Positions 1 through 8,650 of a DNA stretch of 36,240 bases are shown here, piece by piece; positions within the stretch are counted from its first letter, which is position 1, and the number at the start of each line of letters is the position of its first letter. The stretch covers positions 1 to 36,240 of the forward strand of contig DAIDJT010000002.1 in assembly GCA_027451265.1 (NCBI GenBank). Direction: 5' to 3'. Source of the DNA: Bacteroidales bacterium. GTDB lineage: Bacteria; Bacteroidota; Bacteroidia; Bacteroidales; VadinHA17. The notes beneath the pieces are model-generated. The model saw nothing but the letters and a program-made list of their open reading frames with translations, was not told where the DNA came from and made no database searches. The translations under genes were made by a program, and so were the position numbers.

Positions 1-1
1 A

Positions 2-583
2 AAACTGAAATCTATAAACTCCCCGGGATCCGCAGCAGAGCCTGTAATTGCAGTGGCAGAGATTCCGGCTTCTGCCCCGGTGATTGCAGTGAAAAAGACT
101 TCTGCCATCTCTGCCCCGGTGATTGCGGCGCAAAAGATTCCTGCGATACCTGCCCTGGATGTATCAGTGTCGCAGGCCGCTGTTCCGGAATACAGCGAAG
201 AGACCACAGGGGTCACTGAAGTGGTTCGGGTTCAACCTCTTGCACTTGCTTATGGCCAGGCTCCGGCATCCTCACTGGCTCCGGCCGTGACCCCGTCCAT
301 CACGGCACTCAGCGTCAGGGAGCCTATGCCTGTACAAAGTTCGTATGAAGAAAAGAACTGGATGCTCAGAAGCATATCCTACCTCGCAGGTGCAATAACG
401 GGAAAAGAGAAAAAGATTGACGGCTATATGATAGCAAACGGCTGTATCTCAGGCATCAACAGCATCCTCGGATGGAAGATGGAACTGCAGCAGGTAAACA
501 ACAGCAAGGGAGATCCGGTGGCGGTGAACTTCAGTTCATCACTCCTCTCATTCACAAAACCCCTGAACAAAAACACACCGTAA
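2..583 (+). CDS. hypothetical protein, 5'-truncated by the window edge; Ala/Pro/Ile-rich tandem-repeat region followed by a ~90-aa C-terminal region
   Basis: Frame 2 has no stop between nt 2 and the GTG at 53, so the ORF probably enters from the left. It carries 12-13 aa repeats EPVIAVAEIPAS / APVIAVKKTSAIS / APVIAAQKIPAIP. I recognise no family by eye. Confidence 0.45.
   Translation, partial: KLKSINSPGSAAEPVIAVAEIPASAPVIAVKKTSAISAPVIAAQKIPAIPALDVSVSQAAVPEYSEETTGVTEVVRVQPLALAYGQAPASSLAPAVTPSITALSVREPMPVQSSYEEKNWMLRSISYLAGAITGKEKKIDGYMIANGCISGINSILGWKMELQQVNNSKGDPVAVNFSSSLLSFTKPLNKNTP
38..151 (+). repeat. three tandem copies (36 + 39 + 39 nt) of an in-frame coding repeat
   Basis: GCCCCGGTGATTGC(A/G)G(T/C)G...AA(A/G)A(C/T)T(T/C)CTGC starts at 74 and again at 113, a 39-nt period. 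A more diverged copy lies at 38..73. The array may continue upstream of the window. Confidence 0.6.
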
Positions 584-641
584 GTGTAACTTTCCGGAAG
601 GGATGTTCGTCCCAGCATTAAACAACAAACATTTTTGAACC

Positions 642-1637
642 ATGAAAAGAATACTTATCTCATCAGCACTTATTGTTGCCTTACTCGTTCCTGCAGTGGC
701 ACAGGAGAAGGAACAGAAACTAAAGGAACTGGAACAGCTTGAACAGCAGACTGAAAAAGCTACCCCTCCTGACACACTCATCCAGGTGGAAGAAGATTCA
801 GCCGCAGCGGTCAGTGAAGAAGCTGCCGGTGACACATCACGAGTGAAAATCGGCGATATCGTCACAATAGAGGATACCGGCGACGAGACTGTCATCAGGA
901 TCGGAAAGAGGGGTGTTAAAATGCTTGAGGAAGGTGATGATACCGACATGTTCATCGGGGATGAAGAAACCGAAGAGGAGGTTTTCAATGAAAATTCCCC
1001 GAAGAGATTTAACGGACACCTTGGTGGCCTGGAGATCGGCTACAACAACTATTCCACCGGGAGGTGGCTGAATAATGATACGCCGCTTGAGGGATATCTT
1101 GATCTCAACACCGCAAAATCATCCGCTTTCAATATCGTCACCCCGCCGGTGAGCATTGGTTTTACCAGGCACTTCGGACTTGTCTCCGCCCTGGGTATCA
1201 ATTTTAATAATTACCGCTTTGATGGCAACAACACAATCGTGGTTGACGGAGAAGGAGTTGTCGCCCCGGCTTATCCGGCAGAACCGGTTCAGTACGTTAA
1301 AAGCAAACTGGCAACGGTTTACGGCACCCTTCCTGTAATGCTCGAATTACAGATTCCCGTATCACACGGAGGCGCGATAAACCTCGGGGCAGGTGTTGTA
1401 GGAGCAGTAAAGCTGGGATCACATACAAAGGTTGTCTATCATGATGACGGAAAGCAGAAGGACAAGAACCGTGACGACTTCAACCTCAACGTGCTCAGGT
1501 ACGGAGTCACCGCCAGGGCGGGATATGAAATGGTCCAGGTGTACGGCACCTGCTACCTGTCACCAATGTTCGAAAAGGGCAAGGGCCCTGAACTGTATCC
1601 TTTTGAAATAGGTATTGCCCTGACTATCAGCGACTAA
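642..1637 (+). CDS. outer-membrane beta-barrel protein with signal peptide and an acidic coiled-coil N-terminal extension
   Basis: Signal peptide MKRILISSALIVALLVPAVA-QE. Next comes the EKEQKLKELEQLEQQTEK stretch and a D/E-rich segment. The ~220-aa C-terminus has alternating hydrophobic/aromatic strands (GLEIGYNNY, GINFNNYRF, RAGYEMVQVYGTCYLSPMF) and an aromatic-rich C-terminal strand. Confidence 0.6.
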   Translation: MKRILISSALIVALLVPAVAQEKEQKLKELEQLEQQTEKATPPDTLIQVEEDSAAAVSEEAAGDTSRVKIGDIVTIEDTGDETVIRIGKRGVKMLEEGDDTDMFIGDEETEEEVFNENSPKRFNGHLGGLEIGYNNYSTGRWLNNDTPLEGYLDLNTAKSSAFNIVTPPVSIGFTRHFGLVSALGINFNNYRFDGNNTIVVDGEGVVAPAYPAEPVQYVKSKLATVYGTLPVMLELQIPVSHGGAINLGAGVVGAVKLGSHTKVVYHDDGKQKDKNRDDFNLNVLRYGVTARAGYEMVQVYGTCYLSPMFEKGKGPELYPFEIGIALTISD

Positions 1638-1661
1638 TTATAGAAGGCGGGTTAGTTTGAC

Positions 1662-1700
1662 AGAGGGGACATCCGGCAGGGATGCCCTCTTTGTTTTTTA
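1662..1700 (+). terminator. rho-independent terminator after the OM beta-barrel gene
   Basis: AGAGGG-GA-CATCC GGCAG GGATG CCCTCT forms an 11-bp stem with a 2-nt bulge. It is followed directly by TTGTTTTTTATTTG. Confidence 0.7.
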
Positions 1701-1760
1701 TTTGTCAGCCATTCCTGAATCCACGTGTTGGCCGGTTGTACAAAATCAGGTGATTTTATG

Positions 1761-1768
1761 TAAGTTTG
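1761..1768 (+). promoter_or_regulatory. candidate Bacteroidota-type -7 promoter element (TAAGTTTG) for the pepE cluster
   Basis: Exact match to TAnnTTTG, 67 nt upstream of the pepE ATG and downstream of the preceding terminator. Confidence 0.35.
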
Positions 1769-1835
1769 AGGCGTTGAAACAGAGGGCAGTGCGCCGGATG
1801 GCAGACCCTGCAGAACCATGAAAATTAAAGGATAA

Positions 1836-2555
1836 ATGAGACTTCTTCTTATCAGCAATTCAACCAATGCCGGAGAGCCTTACCTTGATTACCCCAAAAA
1901 CAATATCAGGGATTTCCTGGGGACCAGGAAGGTAAAGGCGCTTTTTATTCCATATGCTGCCATAACCTTCTCATATGATGAGTATGAGGAGAAGGTCAGG
2001 AACCGTTTCCAGGAGGTCGGTCATGATGTTGTTTCCATCCACCGCTTCAGTGATCCGGTGAAGGCTGTCCTTGACGCACCCGCCATAGTTGTTGGCGGAG
2101 GCAACACCTGGATGCTGCTTAAATGTCTCAGGGACAAAAAACTCATTGCCCCGGTGAGAAAGAAGGTTTTGGGAGGCACACCCTATATAGGCTGGAGTGC
2201 AGGATCAAATGTAACATGCCCTACGATTATGACCACGAATGACATGCCCGTAACGGCTCCTTCATCGTTCAGGGCCTTTGGGCTGATCCCGTTCCAGATC
2301 AATCCCCATTACCTTGATGCCAGTCCTGCCGGTCACGCAGGTGAAACACGCGAACAGAGGATACAGGAATTCATCGAGGTGAACAGGGAAGTATATGTCG
2401 CCGGGCTGCGCGAAGGCACAATGTTCCTGCTTGAAGGGAAAAAGCTGTCGCTAATCGGTCCGCGCAATGCGAGGGTCTTCAGGTACGGGAGCGAGTCTGC
2501 CGAGGTGAAGCCGGGAAGCGATCTGTCCTTCCTGCTGAAGAAAAGCAAAAGATAA
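1836..2555 (+). CDS. pepE: dipeptidase E (peptidase S51, alpha-aspartyl dipeptidase)
   Basis: Collinear with E. coli PepE: MRLLLISNST..., VVGGGNTWMLL, YIGWSAGSNVTCPTIMTTNDMP, FQINPHY, GHAGETREQRIQEF. Confidence 0.9.
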   Translation: MRLLLISNSTNAGEPYLDYPKNNIRDFLGTRKVKALFIPYAAITFSYDEYEEKVRNRFQEVGHDVVSIHRFSDPVKAVLDAPAIVVGGGNTWMLLKCLRDKKLIAPVRKKVLGGTPYIGWSAGSNVTCPTIMTTNDMPVTAPSSFRAFGLIPFQINPHYLDASPAGHAGETREQRIQEFIEVNREVYVAGLREGTMFLLEGKKLSLIGPRNARVFRYGSESAEVKPGSDLSFLLKKSKR

Positions 2556-2576
2556 ACAACTGCGCCAAAGGGTGCC

Positions 2577-5180
2577 ATGAGACTGGTTCGGAAAATAGCG
2601 CTTATCGCCGTCGGGCTGCTTCTGATGCTCATCCTGGTGCCGGGCATATATGCCCTTCTCAGGCAGCAGCAGCTGACGGAAGCACTGACAAGGAAGGTTA
2701 ATGAGAGCGTCAACACAAAGATCTCCTATGGCAACCTTCGTATAACCATCTTCGAGTCATTTCCCAACATTACCGTCAGGTTCAGCGACCTCCTGGTTGA
2801 ACCTTCCCCTTTCTACGACAGGAAGCAGTTCACTCATGAGGACACTGATACGCTTCTCTACACATCATCGCTCTCGCTGACAGTCTCAATGCCCTCACTG
2901 CTGACCGGCACGGTGGCGGTGAAGTCAATCACTGCAAGGAACGGTGAGGTTAACCTGCTGACCGACAAAAGAGGAGACATTAACTATGAGGTCTTCCATG
3001 AAAAGAAGGGAGACGGTAAAAATGTCAGGCTGAAGAACATAAGCGCCGTAAACGTCAAAGCGGTGTATGATGACAGGAGCTCGGGCATGCGTGTATCCGG
3101 GAGCGTGGAGCAGGCAATCCTGGGCGGCGAACTGTTCCGGACGGGTATCTACCTCAATACTGCACTGAATGCTGTAATTGATTCAATAAGCTTTACAGGA
3201 ACAACTGTAAGGGATATCCCGGTGGAGGCCGGAATAAAGCTCCGCAAATCGGCCAGTTCCCTTACAGTTGCCAAAGGATCACTTAGTGTTGCCGATCTCA
3301 GGTTCGATATCACCGGGAACGTAAACTACTCATCATCTACCCTCAACCTGAACATTGAAGGTAAAAGATTAAGCATCACATCAGTCATATCCCGCCTTCC
3401 CGGGAAATGGAAGACAGCCATCGGTAACTTCTCGCCTTCGGGAACAGTTGACCTTAAGTGCAGCATCACGGGTCCCTACGGTGAAGCCGGGAAGCCACAC
3501 ATAGACCTTACATACGGCCTTGCCGGCGGAAAGATGAGCCACTCCGCCACAGGCTTCAAAGTCAATAACCTTGAGTTCAGCGGCGCACTCACCAACGGCG
3601 ACCATAACTCGGCTGAAACATTCCGTTTCACCGTCGATAACCTTTCTGCCAGGTATGGCTCTGCACTGGTAAAGGGATCATTCATGATCAACAACCTCCG
3701 CAGACCCCATGTCACACTTGCCCTTGACGGCGATCTTGACTTTGACGATCTTGACAAGATCTTCAGGTCAGGTTACGTAAAGGATCAGACCGGATCACTT
3801 TCCGGTAGCATCAGGCTCACGGGGACACTGCCTGACAGCATCCGCCCTGCGGCGGCACTTTCACACCTGAAGCCAGATATTTCACTGTCATTCAGGGATT
3901 TCGGGGCGACGTTTGCCGGGAAAGGGGTGGCATTGTCAGGCGTGAACGGGTCACTGGCTGTCAAAAATGACCTGGTTGCCGACAACCTCTCTTTTACCTT
4001 CAGGGAGCAGCATTTCACCGTCAATGCAGTATTTAAGGACTTTATTCCGTGGGCATCAGGCGGAGGAGAAATCCTCAAGGTCAGCGGCGACGTACATGCT
4101 GACAGGCTTGTCGCGGCTGCTTTCACATCCGGAGAAAAGAATGAGCCCGACAGTACGCTCAAACCGGCAGATCTCTTCCCGGAAGATGTCAATGCAAACA
4201 TCACCCTCAGCGCTGACAGCCTTATATTCAATAACTTCAGGGCTGCCAGCTTCAGCAGCAGGTTAACCTACAAGCCTTATGTGTTGACGTTCAACGAAGC
4301 CAAAGCCAGCGGACTGGAGGGAACACTTGAGGGAGAATTAATGCTGGGAAAACAAAAGGAGGGAGGGTTCATCACGAGGGCCAGTCTCAATGTCAGTAAT
4401 ATTGACATCAACAGGGCATTTACAGCCTTCAATAATTTCGGGCAGGATTTCATTGTAAGCGACAATCTCGGGGGAAGGCTGACCGGCAACGTCACAATGG
4501 TATCTCCCCTCGACGGAAATTATAATTTCTTCCGCAAAGCGATAGTTGCCGAAGCCCACCTGCTCATCAGTGACGGAAAGCTTGTCAGGTTTGCCCCTGC
4601 AGAGAGCCTGTCTTCATACCTTGACCTCGACGAACTGAAGAATATCAGTTTCTCCAAAATGGAAAATGATATTATCATCAATAACGGAACTGTCTCGATT
4701 CCGAAAATGCTCATCAACTCTTCGGCTGTAAATTTCACCGTGTACGGAACCCATGCATTTGACGGGGACTATTCGTACCACGTCCGTCTGCTTCTTTCCG
4801 AGGTTATGAGCCGGAAGGCAAGGGAGCGCAGCCGTGATGCAAGTTCATTCGGGCAGGTGAAGGTAGACGGAAGCGGCAAAGCCACCGTTCCGCTTAAGAT
4901 AGAATGTGTAAACGGCAAAACCAGTGTGGGTTATGACTTCGGGCAGGCACAGGACAATATAAGGAATGACATTGCCGCCGAGAAACAGACACTGAAGGGA
5001 ATACTCAACGAGGAGTATGGCTGGTATGCAACGGATACCACCCGGGTTAAACCGGCAGAGAGCAAACCGAAGTTCACCATCACCTGGGAAGAGGGCAAGG
5101 AGCAGCCTGCTGCAACCGAGACGCAGAAGGAAGAGGTGAAGGAAAGTCCGATAAAAATCCTTCTCAAAAAGAAAAGATAG
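2577..5180 (+). CDS. AsmA-like large envelope protein (single N-terminal TM helix, long beta-rich body)
   Basis: 867 aa with N-terminal anchor IALIAVGLLLMLILVPGIYALL. The body is long, repetitive and Ser/Thr/Asn/Gly-rich. The C-terminus has G.L.G.V and F.V.G motifs typical of the AsmA C-terminal region, then a K/E-rich tail. Confidence 0.55.
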   Translation: MRLVRKIALIAVGLLLMLILVPGIYALLRQQQLTEALTRKVNESVNTKISYGNLRITIFESFPNITVRFSDLLVEPSPFYDRKQFTHEDTDTLLYTSSLSLTVSMPSLLTGTVAVKSITARNGEVNLLTDKRGDINYEVFHEKKGDGKNVRLKNISAVNVKAVYDDRSSGMRVSGSVEQAILGGELFRTGIYLNTALNAVIDSISFTGTTVRDIPVEAGIKLRKSASSLTVAKGSLSVADLRFDITGNVNYSSSTLNLNIEGKRLSITSVISRLPGKWKTAIGNFSPSGTVDLKCSITGPYGEAGKPHIDLTYGLAGGKMSHSATGFKVNNLEFSGALTNGDHNSAETFRFTVDNLSARYGSALVKGSFMINNLRRPHVTLALDGDLDFDDLDKIFRSGYVKDQTGSLSGSIRLTGTLPDSIRPAAALSHLKPDISLSFRDFGATFAGKGVALSGVNGSLAVKNDLVADNLSFTFREQHFTVNAVFKDFIPWASGGGEILKVSGDVHADRLVAAAFTSGEKNEPDSTLKPADLFPEDVNANITLSADSLIFNNFRAASFSSRLTYKPYVLTFNEAKASGLEGTLEGELMLGKQKEGGFITRASLNVSNIDINRAFTAFNNFGQDFIVSDNLGGRLTGNVTMVSPLDGNYNFFRKAIVAEAHLLISDGKLVRFAPAESLSSYLDLDELKNISFSKMENDIIINNGTVSIPKMLINSSAVNFTVYGTHAFDGDYSYHVRLLLSEVMSRKARERSRDASSFGQVKVDGSGKATVPLKIECVNGKTSVGYDFGQAQDNIRNDIAAEKQTLKGILNEEYGWYATDTTRVKPAESKPKFTITWEEGKEQPAATETQKEEVKESPIKILLKKKR

Positions 5181-5183
5181 CCC

Positions 5184-6329
5184 ATGAACATCTATCGTAA
5201 AAGACTTCTCTGGAAGGTGCTGCTGCTGATATTTGCAGTAGTCATCGGTCTCGGATCACTCATATACACTCATGACCTGGTTGACAGGCTCAAGGAGGAA
5301 GAGCGCAAGAAGGCGGAGCAGTGGGCAGAGGCCACCCGCAGGCTTGTCACCTCTGACGATTTTGAATTTCTTTTCAGTATCATTGAAGACAACACGACTG
5401 TTCCGGTTATACTTATCGACGAGGAGGAGAGCATCATCTCACAGAGGAATCTGCCGGCAGCGCTTGCCACTGACACCCTGGGAATGGTCCGTGAGCTGAA
5501 GCGCATGGCTAAGCGCAATGACCCTATCTCAATTGAGCTGCCAAACGGCATTGTAAATCATCTCTATTACCGTGAGAGCACCCTCCTGCGCCAGCTGAGG
5601 ATATATCCGTATGTGCAGCTTGCCGTGATACTCCTGTTCATCGGGGTGGCCTATGTGGCATTCAGTTCTTCGCGCATGGCGGAACAAAACCAGGTTTGGG
5701 TGGGGCTGTCAAGGGAGACGGCACACCAGCTCGGCACCCCGACCTCTTCACTCTCGGCATGGAGTGAGATAATAAGCAGTAGGTACCCCGGAACCGATAT
5801 AGCCGAGGAGCTTCCCGCTGACGTCGAACGCCTCAGCCGCGTGGCAGAGCGATTCTCGCTGATAGGTTCAAAGCCGAAACTGGTCCCTGACAATCTGCCG
5901 GCGCTTGCTGAGACCACCGTCGCATACCTGCGGAAGAGAATTGCATCTACAATAACACTTGAAGTGCTGGATGAGACAAGTGAATGCAAGGCGCTGTCCT
6001 TTAACCAGATACTTCTCGGCTGGGTCATAGAAAATCTCGTCAAGAACTCTGCCGACGCCATGAAGGGCACCGGAAAAATCACAATCAGGCTGACTGAAAA
6101 CAACTCTGAAGCCTTCATTGACGTGGAGGATACGGGCAAAGGGATACCCAGGAAGGATTTTAAAACGGTCTTCAAGCCCGGTTATACAACCAGGGAACGG
6201 GGCTGGGGCCTCGGCCTCTCCCTCTCCAAAAGGATAATAGAGGAATACCACAAGGGAAGGATATTTGTTCATCACTCTGAGCCCGGACACGGATGCTGCA
6301 TGAGGATAATGCTGAAAAAACAGGCTTAG
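5184..6329 (+). CDS. membrane sensor histidine kinase (no adjacent response regulator)
   Basis: Two TM helices flank a ~110-aa extracytoplasmic segment. H-box ETAHQLGTPTSSL, N-box ENLVKNSADAM, G1 DTGKGI, G2 GWGLGLSL. Confidence 0.85.
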   Translation: MNIYRKRLLWKVLLLIFAVVIGLGSLIYTHDLVDRLKEEERKKAEQWAEATRRLVTSDDFEFLFSIIEDNTTVPVILIDEEESIISQRNLPAALATDTLGMVRELKRMAKRNDPISIELPNGIVNHLYYRESTLLRQLRIYPYVQLAVILLFIGVAYVAFSSSRMAEQNQVWVGLSRETAHQLGTPTSSLSAWSEIISSRYPGTDIAEELPADVERLSRVAERFSLIGSKPKLVPDNLPALAETTVAYLRKRIASTITLEVLDETSECKALSFNQILLGWVIENLVKNSADAMKGTGKITIRLTENNSEAFIDVEDTGKGIPRKDFKTVFKPGYTTRERGWGLGLSLSKRIIEEYHKGRIFVHHSEPGHGCCMRIMLKKQA

Positions 6330-6341
6330 ACGCCAGGGGAG

Positions 6342-7604
6342 ATGATCAGTAGAAGTGATATTGAAATAATGGCCCCTGCCGGTTCATGGGAGGCACTGAG
6401 AGCTGCTATCAGGGGAGGAGCTGATTCAGTCTATTTCGGGGTGGAGAAGCTGAACATGAGGGCCCGGTCATCGCATAACTTCACCTCGGCTGATCTGCCT
6501 GGGATAGTTGCCCTCTGCAACAGGCACGGCCTCAGGAGTTACCTTACCCTTAACATTGTTGTATATGATGAGGAGATAAATGAAATGAAGGAGGTGCTTG
6601 CTGCCGCAGCTGCCGCAGGCATCACTGCGGTCATAGCAACCGACCAGGCTGCAATAGTTGCCGCAAGGGAAGCAAACATCGGGGTACATCTCTCCACCCA
6701 GCTCAACATATCCAATGCCGCTTCACTGAAGTTCTACTCTCAGTGGGCAGACGTTGCCGTACTTTCGAGAGAACTTAACCTGCAGCAGGTAAAAAAGATA
6801 CATGATACCATCATAAGCGATGATATAAGAGGCCCCGGAGGCGGACCGGTGAAGCTCGAGATGTTTGTCCACGGCGCCCTTTGCATGGCAATATCAGGCA
6901 AATGCTATCTCAGCCTCCATGAATATGATGCCTCTGCCAACAGGGGTAACTGCTACCAGACCTGCAGGCGGGGCTATACTGTCAGCGACAGGGAGACAGG
7001 CTACCAGCTCGACATTGAAAACCAGTACATCATGTCGCCCAAAGACCTGTGCACAATAAGTTTCCTTGACCAGATAATCGGCGCCGGTGCACGTGTTTTA
7101 AAGATTGAAGGCCGGGCCAGGCCACCGGAATATGTAATGACTGTCACAAGGTGTTACAGTGAAGCCGCGGCGGCTGTGGCTGACGGCTCCTTCGGACAGG
7201 AAAAGGTTGACGGATGGATGCGGCAGCTTGAGACGGTGTTCAACAGGGGATTCTGGGACGGATATTACCTGGGGCAAAGGCTCGGCGAATGGAGCACAAC
7301 ATACGGTTCGGCAGCCACAAGGAGAAAGATATACCTTGGAAGGGTGACTAACTATTTCACGAAAGCAGGTGTGGCTGAAATAAAACTGGAAACGGGAGAT
7401 CTGTCCGCCGGGGATGATCTGATAATCACCGGCCCCACAACGGGAATGGTTGAGCTTACAGTGGGGGAGCTCAGGGATGCCTCAGAGAAGGAAACCTCCT
7501 CAGTTCGAAAGGGAGAGGTTTGTTCGGTGAAAACAGGTGAAACAGTAAGGCGTTCTGATAAAGTATTCACCTGGGTTGAATCCTCTTCACTGAAAAAGGG
7601 GTGA
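6342..7604 (+). CDS. peptidase U32 family protein (collagenase-like / RlhA-TrhP-UbiU type)
   Basis: N-terminal EIMAPAGSWEALRAAIRGGADSVYFG. Conserved E.FVHGALC and IMSPKDL motifs. Cys cluster C-x6-C-x15-C-x3-C (CMAISGKCYLSLHEYDASANRGNCYQTC). Confidence 0.85.
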   Translation: MISRSDIEIMAPAGSWEALRAAIRGGADSVYFGVEKLNMRARSSHNFTSADLPGIVALCNRHGLRSYLTLNIVVYDEEINEMKEVLAAAAAAGITAVIATDQAAIVAAREANIGVHLSTQLNISNAASLKFYSQWADVAVLSRELNLQQVKKIHDTIISDDIRGPGGGPVKLEMFVHGALCMAISGKCYLSLHEYDASANRGNCYQTCRRGYTVSDRETGYQLDIENQYIMSPKDLCTISFLDQIIGAGARVLKIEGRARPPEYVMTVTRCYSEAAAAVADGSFGQEKVDGWMRQLETVFNRGFWDGYYLGQRLGEWSTTYGSAATRRKIYLGRVTNYFTKAGVAEIKLETGDLSAGDDLIITGPTTGMVELTVGELRDASEKETSSVRKGEVCSVKTGETVRRSDKVFTWVESSSLKKG

Positions 7605-7606
7605 TC

Positions 7607-8650
7607 CTATGCCAGTCCTTCGACAGCCTGCATCACCAGGGCAGCGTTGACAGCCTCGTCATCGGTATCAGTGTTGATATATATAACCTGACCTTCCGGT
7701 CTCTTTGACAGCCCGTAATGATATGACCTGTCATAATACTCCAGGGTTATTCTGATTGCCGTGGAGTAATCGTTACGTTTTAAGGCCTCGATGGCTTCAC
7801 GGGTGCGATCGCCTCCCAGTCTTCTGGAAATCTTCATCACTGAAGCCATTATTTCCTCAACGGGGAACGTGGTATACTCCCTGAGAAGCCTGGGCATTCG
7901 TGTCTCAATGCTCATCATCAGGGCAATCACCGGAGCAGCCTGCATGCGGGCAAAGAAGCAGTCAGGCATGAATACCGAACCTATATTGTGGCTTTCATCT
8001 TCAAGCCACACCGGCATATCCCCGTTGTGTGACTGAATGTCGTCAAAAAGCATGTTTGCAAAGTGTTCGGAGGAAGGCTGGGGCGCCTGTCCAAGAGCAC
8101 CGAAGGCGGACCCCCTGTGTGAGGCCAGCCCCTCCAGATCAGTAACCCGGGCGCCGGTTGACTTCATGTACCGAAGGACACCTGTCTTCCCGCTGCCTGT
8201 AAGGCCGCCCAGAATTATATACTTTCTTTCAATGCCGAGATCGCTGAGGATACGATTCCTGTATGCCTTATATCCGCCGCTGAGCACCAGCGGCTCTATT
8301 CCCCCGATCGAAAAAAGCCAGGCCATTGCCTCCGACCTCATCCCTCCTCTCCAGCAGTATAACAGAAGCTTTCCTCCTGCCGCCAGGTCAAGCCCTGACC
8401 TGAGCTTCCCCGACATAGCCGGAGCAGCCAGGTCAATGCCTTTCATTACGGCTGGTACATTCCCTTCATTTTTGTAGATGGTGCCAACCACTGCCCTCTC
8501 AGCATCATCAAAGAGCGGGATGTTTACTGCCCCCGGGATATGTCCGGCGGCAAATTCCCCGGGCGACCTGACGTCTGCCAGCGGGAGCGTCGCCCGTAGC
8601 CCAAGGAAGTCATCAGCCGGCAGTTTATTCAGGGTGAACGGCATTGTCAC
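7607..8650 (-). CDS. selU: tRNA 2-selenouridine(34) synthase
   Basis: Rhodanese domain (DVRSPGEFAAGHIPGAVNIPL) with active-site loop YCWRGGMRS, followed by the P-loop GGLTGSGKT. Length matches the family. The ORF starts at GTG 8650, which overlaps the upstream stop as GTGA. ATG 8644 is an alternative start. Confidence 0.85.
   Translation of the reverse strand: MTMPFTLNKLPADDFLGLRATLPLADVRSPGEFAAGHIPGAVNIPLFDDAERAVVGTIYKNEGNVPAVMKGIDLAAPAMSGKLRSGLDLAAGGKLLLYCWRGGMRSEAMAWLFSIGGIEPLVLSGGYKAYRNRILSDLGIERKYIILGGLTGSGKTGVLRYMKSTGARVTDLEGLASHRGSAFGALGQAPQPSSEHFANMLFDDIQSHNGDMPVWLEDESHNIGSVFMPDCFFARMQAAPVIALMMSIETRMPRLLREYTTFPVEEIMASVMKISRRLGGDRTREAIEALKRNDYSTAIRITLEYYDRSYHYGLSKRPEGQVIYINTDTDDEAVNAALVMQAVEGLA

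Noticed and set aside
548-988. 146-aa Ser-rich ORF on the minus strand overlapping the start of the OM beta-barrel gene
   Set aside because: It is antisense to the GAA/GAG/GAT-rich acidic segment of the plus-strand gene, which automatically reads as Ser/Phe/Leu-rich. It has no recognisable motifs, and the sense gene has a signal peptide and barrel features.
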